From positions 1,344,001-1,408,000 of the forward strand of contig CAWBOS010000010.1 in NCBI GenBank assembly GCA_963790475.1: 64,000 nucleotides of DNA, given 5' to 3'. Made by a program: the position numbers and the translations under genes. This DNA is from an uncultured delta proteobacterium. GTDB lineage: Bacteria; Desulfobacterota; RBG-13-43-22. This document shows positions 1 through 9,943 of this stretch, one piece after another (the first letter of the stretch is position 1; each line of letters opens with the position of its first letter). The notes beneath the pieces are model-generated. The model worked only from the letters and a program-made list of their open reading frames with translations, ran no database searches and had not been told where the DNA came from.

Positions 1-2
1 TG

Positions 3-2636
3 GAAAATGCCCCGCCCTATCTTCCGGTCATAGAGCATATTGAGCAGGCCGCCCGTATAATCTCCCCGGAAACCTTGCGCAAGACACTGGGAGATAATGC
101 CCCCGAAGTCGCCAAATTAGTTCCGGAGCTCAGAAGACGTTTCCAGGATATCCCCGATCCGGTGGCACTTCCTCCCGAGCAGGAGCAGCATTTTCTAATA
201 CACGGAGTGTGCCAGTATATTGAACGGGCGGCCCAGGTAAAGCCTTTGCTTCTGATTTTCGAGGACCTCCACTGGGCCGATGAATCCACCCTGCTGCTCC
301 TCGATCATCTGGCCAAACGCCTCCCTGAGATCGGTGTTCTGGTGATCGGGACTTATCGTCATACCGAAGTGAAACCCGGCAGTCCATTGGCCACGGCCCT
401 GCCCAATCTCCTTCGCCAGCGGCTGGCCGAGGAAATCCTCCTTAAAAGGTGTACGGAGGAGCAGGTCTCTGCCTTGCTTAAAGCACGGGCCGGCAATTCT
501 CCACCTCAGGAGCTGGTCTCTCTTTTCTGTTACGAGACCGAGGGCAATCCTTTCTTCGTCGAAGAGCTGTTTCGCCACCTGCACGAAACAGGAAAGCTCT
601 TTGATGATGAGGGTCGTTTCAAATCCCTGGCCTCTATTCCCGATACGGAAGTTCCCCGGAGCGTTCGGCTGCTTATCAGCCGGCGACTTCAGGGCGTCAG
701 CAAAGCCTGCCAGGGCGTACTCACTAATTCCGCCTGCCTGGGCGGCAATTTCGATTTCAATCTGATTTCCCGGCTTACCGATCTCGACGATGATGCCCTT
801 CTTTCCGCGCTCGACGAAGCCGTAGAGGCGAACATCCTTCGGGACATTTCTTCCGGCCGAGAGGCGCGTTATAACTTTACCCATGAGCAGATACGCCAGA
901 CGCTGCTGGCCGAGATTTCGACCCCTCGCCGTCAGAGGCTGCACTATAACATTGCCAACACCATGGAGCAGTTCTACGGTGAGGACGTTGAAAAATATTG
1001 TTCTGAGATTGCCCACCATTTCTACCAGGCCGGAGCCCTGGCCGATGGCTCTCGAACCGCACGGTACTTACTGCTGGCCGGCGAACGGGCACGGGCCGCC
1101 TCGGCCTTTGATGAGGCGATTAAGATGTTTGACAGCGCCGAAACGGTACTGCCGTCGGGTGATTCCGCCGCACTGGCCGGTATCTATTATTCCCGGGGGA
1201 TGGCCTTACGGGGATTGGGGCGGATGGAAAAGGCCTTGACGGCCTTTCAGCACTCCATAGATCGGCTGCCACCCGGAAAGGTTCAGGATCAGTCCATCCA
1301 GGCCAGGGCCAATCTTCTGCTGGACCTTTACCGCGGTCATGAAGCGGTCCGGGATTTAGAAAAGCTGCTCTCCAGAGCGCGGGAGACCGGGGACAAGGCC
1401 CAAGAAATGGAATCCCTCCTGGACCTGGGCAGGGCCTGTTACATTATCTCCCTTAACGAACCGGAGGGCGGGGAGCGCGTCCTTAAGTGTTATGAACAAG
1501 CCTACCGGATCGCCAAAGATATGGGGAATAAAACGGGGATGGTGCGCGCCTTGCTTCCCACCCAGCATCTGGTCGATTATTGGCTGGATTTTCGGGAGCG
1601 GGCCAAGGCCAACGTCGAAGAAGCCGCCGGGCTGGCGAAGGAGATCAAAAAAGAGGAACTCATCTGCGACTGTACTCAAGCCCGGTTTCGCTTCCTCAGC
1701 CCTAAGGCAGTAAATACGATGACCGCTGCACTCCTTGAAAAAATTAAAGCCCTCCGTGATCCGCTTCGTCTGAAGGAATATTACTTTTATCTCATGTGGC
1801 ATTACCTTCGCCTGGGTGCATTTGACCGAAGTGTTGAGGCTTGTGACGCGGGGATAAAACTCGCCGACGAACTGGGGGCGAAACCGGTGCAATACAACAC
1901 CATAAAGACCCTGGCCCTGATTAATCTCGGCCGATACAGGAAGGCCTGGGATGCCCTCCAAGAAGAGGTTACGGAAGAGTCCTTCGGTTTCGCTATGCAG
2001 CAGTACGGAATGACTTTTTATTTGATGGACCTGTTTTCTTTTAGGCAGGCGGCTGAGCAGGCCCAGAGGACCTCTGAGTTGGCCAAAAAGCTCAACCGGG
2101 CCTGGATGAGAAGAGGAGTGCAGAATATACGTGTCCTTTCGCTGGCCCGTCTTGGAACTCTGGATGATTCGACGCTGGGGGAGATTCAGCAGGATCTACG
2201 ATCTTTCGGTGCTGCGCTCGGGCGGCCCACCATGGCCGAAATCCTGTTGATGAAGGGATCCCTTGAAGAGGCCTTAAAGATGTCGGAAGAGGCGAATGCT
2301 GAAGCCGAAAAAGCCGGAACAAACCTCAACCTGATACCGGGCCTTGAATTGTCAATCCGCATCCTCCTCGGCCTGAACAGGCCGGCTGAGGCCCTAACCG
2401 TGGCTGATGAAGCACGCCAAAAAGCCGAGCAAAGCGGTTATCGACCGCTGCTCTGGCGCATCTTAATCGGGCGAGGCCAGGCCCGGAAAAGGCTGGGAGA
2501 TGAACAGGGCGGGACTGAAGATTATCTGGCCGCGGCCAGGATTTTAAATGAGCTTATGGAGACCATCCCCAACGCAAAACTGCGGCGGGATTTTGAGACC
2601 AATCCGCTCGTAGCACCGATTTTGGCGGAGAAGTAG
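3..2636 (+). CDS. STAND/AAA ATPase-TPR protein (cyclase/kinase-associated type), 5' truncated by window edge
   Basis: Frame is open from position 3 (ENAPPYLPV...). Motifs LLLIFEDLHWADES, TEGNPFFVEE and YNFTHEQIRQTL, then a TPR-like helical C-terminus. Confidence 0.8.
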   Translation, partial: ENAPPYLPVIEHIEQAARIISPETLRKTLGDNAPEVAKLVPELRRRFQDIPDPVALPPEQEQHFLIHGVCQYIERAAQVKPLLLIFEDLHWADESTLLLLDHLAKRLPEIGVLVIGTYRHTEVKPGSPLATALPNLLRQRLAEEILLKRCTEEQVSALLKARAGNSPPQELVSLFCYETEGNPFFVEELFRHLHETGKLFDDEGRFKSLASIPDTEVPRSVRLLISRRLQGVSKACQGVLTNSACLGGNFDFNLISRLTDLDDDALLSALDEAVEANILRDISSGREARYNFTHEQIRQTLLAEISTPRRQRLHYNIANTMEQFYGEDVEKYCSEIAHHFYQAGALADGSRTARYLLLAGERARAASAFDEAIKMFDSAETVLPSGDSAALAGIYYSRGMALRGLGRMEKALTAFQHSIDRLPPGKVQDQSIQARANLLLDLYRGHEAVRDLEKLLSRARETGDKAQEMESLLDLGRACYIISLNEPEGGERVLKCYEQAYRIAKDMGNKTGMVRALLPTQHLVDYWLDFRERAKANVEEAAGLAKEIKKEELICDCTQARFRFLSPKAVNTMTAALLEKIKALRDPLRLKEYYFYLMWHYLRLGAFDRSVEACDAGIKLADELGAKPVQYNTIKTLALINLGRYRKAWDALQEEVTEESFGFAMQQYGMTFYLMDLFSFRQAAEQAQRTSELAKKLNRAWMRRGVQNIRVLSLARLGTLDDSTLGEIQQDLRSFGAALGRPTMAEILLMKGSLEEALKMSEEANAEAEKAGTNLNLIPGLELSIRILLGLNRPAEALTVADEARQKAEQSGYRPLLWRILIGRGQARKRLGDEQGGTEDYLAAARILNELMETIPNAKLRRDFETNPLVAPILAEK

Positions 2637-2681
2637 TAACTTGTAAAATGCCTTCAGAAAAATATTAGGAATCAAAAGGAA

Positions 2682-2762
2682 GCCTTCCCCCTCGTGGGGT
2701 GTATGGACCGAGGTGGATTGACTTCCTCCCCCTTGAGGGGGGAGGATTGAGGTGGGGGTGAA
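2682..2762. repeat. C-run/G-run palindromic intergenic repeat
   Basis: cctcccccttgaggggggagg...gaggtgggggtg. Similar elements at about 13620-13735 and 18090-18175. Confidence 0.55.
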
Positions 2763-2830
2763 AAGAAAAATTTGTATTGGGGAGAGGGATATGAATTGTG
2801 ACAATACGGTGAAACAGGAAAGGAGAGAAT

Positions 2831-4033
2831 ATGAATAATTCACCAACACTTTGTTACGGCACGCCGGAGGAGGCGGGAATGCTTCCTGAGCGTATCGAAA
2901 GAGTCAAACGGCTGGGCGCGGGCTGGGTAGCTGACGGTCATACCCCATCCTTGGTTATACTGGCAGCCAGGAAAGGTATCATTTTCTTACATGAAGCTTA
3001 TGGCGTTCTAACCCCTGAGGCGGGTTCGCCGCCACTCCGGCTCGACTCCATCTTCCCCCTCTCATCCCTCACCAAACCGGTTACGGCCACCGCGGTCATG
3101 ATCCTGGTAGAGGACGGCCTGCTGGGCCTGAACCGCCCTCTCGTCGATTATATCCCTGAAATCTGTGGTGAGGGCACAGAAGAGGTCCTGGTCCATCACC
3201 TGCTCACCCATACCTCCGGTTACAACGGTGAGGCCTTACTTGCCTTTATGATCGAAAGAAGAGGAAAATGGCCGGAGTTTCCGCCTTGTCCTGAAAACCA
3301 ACACCCTTTAATCCATGAACTCCTCCATCGTCAATACCCGGCGCCACTCCATAAAACGCCAGGGGTGGAGATGTCTTATTGTGACCATAATTATCTTTTG
3401 CTGGGGGAGATCGTCCGACGGGTGAGCGGCTCTTCTCTGGCCGATTTTGCCGCGGAGAGGATCTTTCAGCCCCTCGGCATGAGCGACACCTATTACATTA
3501 TCCCCCAATCTCTGGAGGCAAGAATTGTCAAGCGGCTGGCGGATGCGCCTTATGCCAAACGCGAAAGCCGTTTCTACGAAGGTCTGAATTCGCGTCAAAT
3601 CCAGGAGACGCCTTATGGACACGCCGGTGTCTTCTCCACGGTCATGGATATGGCCGTTTTCGGTCAGATGTTCCTTAATGGCGGCCGGTATGGAGATAAG
3701 CGCATCTTAAGCCGGCCAACCGTCTCGGAGATGACCCGGAATCAGATCTCGGGTATCGGCCTTGATTGGTTTGGGACCTTTATACCCGAGGCCTCCTGGG
3801 GTTATGGCTGGGGAGTGACTGGCAATACAAAATGGAAGTACTTTCGGGGAAGTCTGAATCCATCAAAATCATTCGGGCACCCGGGCGCCGGGGGGGCCGG
3901 TTTATTTGTAGACCCCGTGCAGCAAATCGTACTCGCTTACTTTACAGTTACGCTCGAAGCCACACCGCGGTTAGAGCAGAAAACCGACTTTGACCTGTTT
4001 GAGAATTTGATCTACTCCTCTATGAATGAATAG
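2831..4033 (+). CDS. Serine hydrolase, beta-lactamase class C/AmpC-like family
   Basis: SxxK (SLTK), LLTHTSG, YCDHNY and GHPG motifs. SD aggaga. No signal peptide. Confidence 0.85.
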   Translation: MNNSPTLCYGTPEEAGMLPERIERVKRLGAGWVADGHTPSLVILAARKGIIFLHEAYGVLTPEAGSPPLRLDSIFPLSSLTKPVTATAVMILVEDGLLGLNRPLVDYIPEICGEGTEEVLVHHLLTHTSGYNGEALLAFMIERRGKWPEFPPCPENQHPLIHELLHRQYPAPLHKTPGVEMSYCDHNYLLLGEIVRRVSGSSLADFAAERIFQPLGMSDTYYIIPQSLEARIVKRLADAPYAKRESRFYEGLNSRQIQETPYGHAGVFSTVMDMAVFGQMFLNGGRYGDKRILSRPTVSEMTRNQISGIGLDWFGTFIPEASWGYGWGVTGNTKWKYFRGSLNPSKSFGHPGAGGAGLFVDPVQQIVLAYFTVTLEATPRLEQKTDFDLFENLIYSSMNE

Positions 4034-4130
4034 CTTAAATTGAGGCGGAGGTATCGGGGAATTAACCCTGTTGGGATTAAAATAAAAATCAAATCGTTTC
4101 AAAACCTTCATCCAAAAAGGAGACACAGCC

Positions 4131-5666
4131 ATGCAAGACTATCCGTGGTGGAATGAGACCCAAAAAAAGCTGATGCGGGATGTCCAAATGTTTACCAACG
4201 ATGTTCTCCTTCCCCTGGGAGAAAAATGCGTTTATAAAAAGGAATACCCTTGGGAAGCCATGCGGGAAATCGGAAAAAAGGGTTGGCTCGGAGCGACGAT
4301 TCCCCAGAAATATGGGGGTCATCAAGAGGAGTGGGGTGTAACCGGGGCTTGCATTCTTTTGGAAGAAATCAGTCGGGCCGGAGTATTATCCTCTGGTTAT
4401 TCTACAACACTGATCGGGGCCACACATCAAATTGTTCATGACGGCACCGAAGAGCAGAAACAGAGATGGTTACCCAGGATTGCCAAAGGAGAGCTTCAAG
4501 GTTGTATCACCATGACCGAACCCTATGCCGGTTCGGATATAGCGTCCATAGAAACTACCGGCGTCCAGGAAGGGGATTTCCACCTGGTGAATGGAATAAA
4601 AAGGTTCCAGACGAATGCGGCTGCGGCCGATCTTTACATGACCTATGTAAAGACCACCAAAGACCCGAAAGAGATCAGAAGTTACCATCACCTGACGGGG
4701 ATGATTATTGAAAAAGGGACGCCGGGATTCAAAGTTGAGCGGGTAAACGATTGGATGGGCAGCAGCGGAATGTACAACTGTTACCTGCGGTTTGACAACG
4801 CTAAAGTGCCCGTCGGTAACGTGATTGGAGGGCAAGGGAACGGCTGGCGGGTGATGATGAGTGGATTGAATATCGAGCGCGCCATCGGCGCCGCCGGCAA
4901 TTTGGGCCAAATGAGAGAGGCGATGCGCTACGCCAAGCAGCACCTGGAAAGACGCGTCCAGTTTGGGCAAACGACCGGTTCCATAACGACCAACCAATTC
5001 AAGCTGGCGGATATGTATTCCAAATTTCAACTGGCCCGCCTTTTGATCTATTATACGGCTTACTGCGCTGATTTGGGACGGGAAGTTCCCATTGAAGCAG
5101 GTTTAGCCAAGCTTTATGGTTCCGAAGTAGCCCTTGAGATTGCTTTGGATGCCATCCAGTGCATGGGCGGGAACGGAGCCATGCAGATTTATCCCGTGGA
5201 ACGATATATGCGGGATGCCAAACTTGGGCAGATCGCGGCCGGGACAAGTGAAGTGCTAAGGCTTTTGATCTACCGGATGGGAAATCGATATTTTGCCGAG
5301 GATTTAAAAGCCCCGGTGCGTATGATCGATGATGAATTAAAAATGCCTTTGCCCATAGGGAAGCTTCCTCCCCCGCAGAAAGTAAGAGAGGAAATGGATG
5401 TTTTAAAGGTTCTGGCCGAGAACTATCGAGTGAATCCCGGCCTGCACATGACCCTTTCCGACATCAAGCAATTCTTAGATGCCCCGGATGAGGCTTTGCT
5501 GAAATATTTGGCTTCTTTGGAAGAGAAAGAAATGGTTTCCCAGTTAAAAAATAAAAAAGGCGAGGTGGAATTGGTCAAGGCGACTTTAACGGGTATCAAA
5601 GAAGCCAATCCTCCGGATTATTATCGGCATATCCCTTCCTGGGTATTGCCCAAGGATGTTTTTTAA
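4131..5666 (+). CDS. Acyl-CoA dehydrogenase with ~125 aa C-terminal extension
   Basis: MTEPYAGSD, NGIKRFQTN, RVQFG, AIQCMGGNG and YMRDAK..IAAGTSEV motifs. Confidence 0.9.
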   Translation: MQDYPWWNETQKKLMRDVQMFTNDVLLPLGEKCVYKKEYPWEAMREIGKKGWLGATIPQKYGGHQEEWGVTGACILLEEISRAGVLSSGYSTTLIGATHQIVHDGTEEQKQRWLPRIAKGELQGCITMTEPYAGSDIASIETTGVQEGDFHLVNGIKRFQTNAAAADLYMTYVKTTKDPKEIRSYHHLTGMIIEKGTPGFKVERVNDWMGSSGMYNCYLRFDNAKVPVGNVIGGQGNGWRVMMSGLNIERAIGAAGNLGQMREAMRYAKQHLERRVQFGQTTGSITTNQFKLADMYSKFQLARLLIYYTAYCADLGREVPIEAGLAKLYGSEVALEIALDAIQCMGGNGAMQIYPVERYMRDAKLGQIAAGTSEVLRLLIYRMGNRYFAEDLKAPVRMIDDELKMPLPIGKLPPPQKVREEMDVLKVLAENYRVNPGLHMTLSDIKQFLDAPDEALLKYLASLEEKEMVSQLKNKKGEVELVKATLTGIKEANPPDYYRHIPSWVLPKDVF

Positions 5667-5829
5667 GTTGCCCCTATTCAACCTGTATTCAATTAATTTC
5701 GGCCTGGGGTCGATCCTTACCAATTCATTTGGGGAAGACCCCCCCACCTTTTCTTAACTCAAAGAGATATGAAAAGGAATTAACCGCGCTTCAATAGATG
5801 AACTTAATTCTGACTACCGGAGGTAGAGG

Positions 5830-8800
5830 ATGAAATGCCCGAAATGCCGTACTGAAAATCCAGAATTGAGGAAGTTCTGCAAGGAGTGCGGAACAAAGCT
5901 TTTATTGGTCTGTCCTAATTGTCATTTTGAAAATGCTCCCGGAGATAAATTCTGCGGCGAGTGCGGTCATGATCTTAGCCAACCTAAAGAAGCCTCCCCG
6001 CTGGATTACTCCGCCCCCCAATCCTACACCCCCAGGCATCTGGCGGAAAAGATCTTGACCCATCGTAGTGACCTTGAGGGAGAGCGGAAGATCGTCACCG
6101 TCATGTTCGCCGACGTAGCGGGCTTTACGTCCCTCTCAGAAAAGCTGGACCCTGAGGAAGTTCACCGGATCATGGACGGCTGCTGTCGTATCCTGGTCGA
6201 TGAAATCCACCGCTGCGAGGGAACGGTCGGCGAATTCCGGGGTGACGGGGTGATGGCCCTGTTTGGCGCGCCCATTGCCCACGAAGATCATGCCCAGCGG
6301 GCCTGTCATGCCGCCTTGGCCATTCAACAGGCCCTGGTCCCTTATGGCCGGGAAATCCAGCGAAGATACGGGATGGATTTTAAAATACGCATGGGCCTCA
6401 ACTCCGGCATGGTGGTGGTGGGGAGTATCGGGGATGATCTGCGGATGGATTACACGGCCATGGGTGATACCACCAATCTGGCCGCCCGGATGGAAACCAG
6501 TGCTCGGCCCGGCGGCGTACTGGTGTCCAATAACATTTACCGGCAGACCAAAGAGTTCTTTGAATTCTCTTCCTCCGAATCCTTACAGGTCAAGGGAAAA
6601 CAAGAGCCGGTCGAGGCCTACCAACTCTTGAGACCCAGCCAGGTGCACACCAGGATCGCCGCTTCCACGGCCAAAGGTCTTACCAGGTTTATGGGCCGCA
6701 GCCGGGAGATGGAAACCCTTTCCGAGGCCTTCGAAAAGGTTGGGTCCGGAGAAGGCCAGGTGGTCGGCATCGTCGGCGAGGCCGGGGTGGGTAAATCGAG
6801 ACTGCTGCTGGAGTTCCGCCATCTTCTCCCGAAAGGCTACTGGTATTTTGAAGGTCAATGCCTGCACTACGGCGGGGCCATGCCCTATTTGCCCATGCTC
6901 GATGTTCTGCGGTCCTTCCTGGATGTCAAAGAAGGGGAACAGGAACATGTAGTCCGGCAGAAGCTGAAAGAGAGGATCCTGGGGCTGGATGAAAATCTCC
7001 GACCCATCATCCCGCCCATCCAGGAACTCCTGTCTCTCCAGGTCGATGATCAAGCCTACGCCAGGCTGGAGCCGAAACAAAAGAGAGAAAAAACCTTTGA
7101 GGCCATCCGCGACCTGTTGATCCGGGGCAGCCAGGATCGGCCCCTGATCCTGACCATTGAAGACCTGCATTGGATCGATAAGACCAGCGAAGAATTTCTA
7201 AGCTATATGATCGGCTGGCTGCCGAGGACCCGCATCCTCCTCCTGCTCCTCTATCGTCCTGAATACACCCATCAGTGGGGAAACAAATCCTATTACCAGA
7301 GGATCGGTCTGGAACAGCTCACTACCAACACCAGTGCCGAGCTGGTGGGAGCGATCCTGGATGGAGACGTGGTGCCCGAGCTGCGGGATTTGATCCTGAC
7401 CCGGGCTGCCGGAAACCCGCTATTCATGGAGGAACTGACTTATAACTTATTGGACAACGGCACCATTCAAAAAAAAGATAATCATTTTATCCTGGCCCAA
7501 GACGTCTCCCGTCTCCAGGTCCCGGACACCATCCAGGGGATCATAGCCGCCCGCATGGACCGTTTGGAAGAAAGTCTCAAACGAATCATGCAGGTGGCGG
7601 CGGTGATCGGCCGGGAGTTCGCCTTCCGCATCCTGGAAACCATCCTGGAAATGAAAGAGGGGCTTAAGTCCGGGCTGGTCAACTTACAGGGGTTGGAATT
7701 CATCTACGAAAAAAATCTCTTCCCCGAGATGGAGTATATCTTCAGACACGCCCTGGTGCAGGAGGTAGCCTACAACAGCTTGCTGATCGCCCGCCGGAAG
7801 GAAATTCATGAGAAGATCGGCCAGGCCATTGAAGAGCTTTATCCGAAAAGGCTGGAAGAATTCTACGAGATGCTGGCCTATCATTATTCCCGGAGCGATA
7901 ACCATGATAGGGCCTGTCGCTTTCTGAAGTTGTCGGGAATCAAGTCCATTCGAAATCATTCACTTTGGGAGGCCTTTCGATTTTTCCAGGAAGCCCTAAG
8001 CTTCCTCAAAAAGATGCCGCAAACCGAAGGAAACAAAAGGGAGCAGGTTGAGGTCATTTTATTAATGGCCGTCCCGACGAGACTCCTGGCCTATCCGGAA
8101 AATTCCTTCGAATTCCTTCGGGAGGGTGAAAGGCTGGTCAAAGGTCAAGGGATCGGAGATGGAAAAAACAGGGCATCTTTAAACTACTTCACGGGCATGT
8201 ATTATTCGGTTAAGGGAAATCATCTGCTGGCCAGAAAATATCAGGAAGATTCTTTTGCCGATGCCGAAAAATTACAGGATATTGAAATCATGGCCCCTGT
8301 GACCCATGGCCTCTGCGTTGCTTATCTCATGGAAGGAGAACATGAAAAAATAGTAAACAAAGCGCCCAGAACCATCGCCTTGCTGGAAAAAACTCACCGG
8401 GAATCCGATTTTTTTAGGTCAACCGCCAATATCTATGCGATGCTCCAAGCCCATTATGGGGAGAGCCTGGCATGTTTAGGGGAGTTCAGGGCTGCAGAGC
8501 CCATATGTGAAAAAGCACTTTCTTTTGCCCAGGGGCTCAACCATTTTTTTACCATTGCCATGGTTGAAAGTCTATTTGGGGCTTTATTCATGGTGAAGGG
8601 AGATGGGGAAAAGGCTGTGAAACATTTCCAAGGCGAAATAGAATATCTTGAAAAATCGCAAACGGCACTCTATTTGCCTTTGGCTTGGGGTTCCCTCGGA
8701 CACGGATATTATTTGGTCGGTGAGCTTACCAGTGCCTTAAAATGCACGGAAAAGGCTTTTAAGATGCAGCAAGACATCGGAATACCCTTTTTTTTGTCCT

Positions 8801-9198
8801 GGTTTCATTTGACCCTAAGTATGATTCATGGCGATTCAGGCAAGTTGGAAGAGGCCAGGGTCCAGGCCGAGCAGGGACTGAACTTAGCCCAAACGACCCA
8901 TGAAGAAATGAATGAAGGGATATTATGGCTTGCTCTGGGCAGGGCCATTGGAAAACTGGAGAAGGTCCAATTTGATATGGCGGAAGAGTATATCCATAAG
9001 GGAATGAAGATTTTGGATGAACTGAAGATCAAACCCTCTTTTTCCATTGGTCCTCTCTACCTCGGAGAGCTTTATGCCGATGCCGGTCAGAAAGAAAAAG
9101 CCCTGGAAAACCTGGAAAAGGCCGAGACCATGTTTCGGGAGATGGGCATGGATTATTGGCTGGCCAAGGCGCAGGAGGCACTGGCCCTACTCACCTAA
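5830..9198 (+). CDS. Double zinc ribbon + class III adenylate/guanylate cyclase + AAA ATPase + TPR protein
   Basis: Four N-terminal CxxC. VMFADVAGFT, GDGVMALFG and GDTTNLAARM (cyclase). Walker A GEAGVGKS and IEDLHW. Confidence 0.92.
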   Translation: MKCPKCRTENPELRKFCKECGTKLLLVCPNCHFENAPGDKFCGECGHDLSQPKEASPLDYSAPQSYTPRHLAEKILTHRSDLEGERKIVTVMFADVAGFTSLSEKLDPEEVHRIMDGCCRILVDEIHRCEGTVGEFRGDGVMALFGAPIAHEDHAQRACHAALAIQQALVPYGREIQRRYGMDFKIRMGLNSGMVVVGSIGDDLRMDYTAMGDTTNLAARMETSARPGGVLVSNNIYRQTKEFFEFSSSESLQVKGKQEPVEAYQLLRPSQVHTRIAASTAKGLTRFMGRSREMETLSEAFEKVGSGEGQVVGIVGEAGVGKSRLLLEFRHLLPKGYWYFEGQCLHYGGAMPYLPMLDVLRSFLDVKEGEQEHVVRQKLKERILGLDENLRPIIPPIQELLSLQVDDQAYARLEPKQKREKTFEAIRDLLIRGSQDRPLILTIEDLHWIDKTSEEFLSYMIGWLPRTRILLLLLYRPEYTHQWGNKSYYQRIGLEQLTTNTSAELVGAILDGDVVPELRDLILTRAAGNPLFMEELTYNLLDNGTIQKKDNHFILAQDVSRLQVPDTIQGIIAARMDRLEESLKRIMQVAAVIGREFAFRILETILEMKEGLKSGLVNLQGLEFIYEKNLFPEMEYIFRHALVQEVAYNSLLIARRKEIHEKIGQAIEELYPKRLEEFYEMLAYHYSRSDNHDRACRFLKLSGIKSIRNHSLWEAFRFFQEALSFLKKMPQTEGNKREQVEVILLMAVPTRLLAYPENSFEFLREGERLVKGQGIGDGKNRASLNYFTGMYYSVKGNHLLARKYQEDSFADAEKLQDIEIMAPVTHGLCVAYLMEGEHEKIVNKAPRTIALLEKTHRESDFFRSTANIYAMLQAHYGESLACLGEFRAAEPICEKALSFAQGLNHFFTIAMVESLFGALFMVKGDGEKAVKHFQGEIEYLEKSQTALYLPLAWGSLGHGYYLVGELTSALKCTEKAFKMQQDIGIPFFLSWFHLTLSMIHGDSGKLEEARVQAEQGLNLAQTTHEEMNEGILWLALGRAIGKLEKVQFDMAEEYIHKGMKILDELKIKPSFSIGPLYLGELYADAGQKEKALENLEKAETMFREMGMDYWLAKAQEALALLT

Positions 9199-9212
9199 TG
9201 CATCGAGCAATG

Positions 9213-9315
9213 TTTCAGCGCAGTCGCAAAGTACATCGAGAGAATCATTCTGTCCCGCCCAGTGAGAGGAGGGATAGAAGTTCTTCTTCGCGTTCTTGGC
9301 GCCTTTGCGGTGAAA
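9213..9315. repeat. Imperfect palindromic repeat (tttcaccgca...tgcggtgaaa family)
   Basis: tttcagcgca...cttcttcgcgttcttggcgcctttgcggtgaaa. Related copy at about 32701-32785. Confidence 0.5.
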
Positions 9316-9330
9316 ACATGCGGTTTGACC

Positions 9331-9831
9331 TTACCTCCCGCAATCGCTCGCATCCCCTTTGATCTTATCCAGGGCGTGGGGAATGGCCGGCAAGATCACC
9401 GGCATCATCTCTTCAATGGCTTTTAGACCACCGGGAAGATTAACGATCAAGGTCTCTCTTCTGATGCCCACCTTTCCTCGGGAAAGTTGGGCCAAGGGGG
9501 TATGCTTCAACCCTTCCAGCCGCATGGCTTCGGCCATGCCGGGAATCTCCCGTTCGATGACCCGTTCAGTGGCTTCGGGAGTGATGTCCCTCGGACTTAA
9601 ACCGGTTCCACCGGTGGTGAAAATAAGGTCCAATTTTATCCGGTCGGACCAATCCACCAGGGTGTCTATTATCGAGGGGATCTCATCAGGGACAACTGCT
9701 GTAGTTTGAACTTCAAAAAGATCGGCAGGAAGAAGGCTCCGGATCCTGGGACCGCCTTCATCGGCCCGCAAACCCTGAGATCCCCTGTCGCTGATGGTTA
9801 AGATGCCTACTTTAATCGGTTCAAGGTTCAA
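9331..9831 (-). CDS. mogA: Molybdopterin adenylyltransferase MogA/MoaB
   Basis: ILTISD, VVPDE, TTGGTGLSPRDITPEAT and IVNLPG motifs. Confidence 0.88.
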   Translation of the reverse strand: MNLEPIKVGILTISDRGSQGLRADEGGPRIRSLLPADLFEVQTTAVVPDEIPSIIDTLVDWSDRIKLDLIFTTGGTGLSPRDITPEATERVIEREIPGMAEAMRLEGLKHTPLAQLSRGKVGIRRETLIVNLPGGLKAIEEMMPVILPAIPHALDKIKGDASDCGR

Positions 9832-9940
9832 GGTTTAAGGTCCCCCAAGAAGGTTCAAGGTGCAGGGATAAAGAATAACGGTGTAAGGTCCACGGTTCAC
9901 GGTAAAACCGTAAACCTTACACCTTATACCTCGAACCTTT
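9818..9940. repeat. Heptamer-periodic palindromic repeat (ggttcaa / ttgaacc)
   Basis: ggttcaaggttcaaggtttaagg...aaccttacaccttatacctcgaacct. Related elements at about 12110-12210 and 19597-19690. Confidence 0.6.
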
Positions 9941-9943
9941 CTT

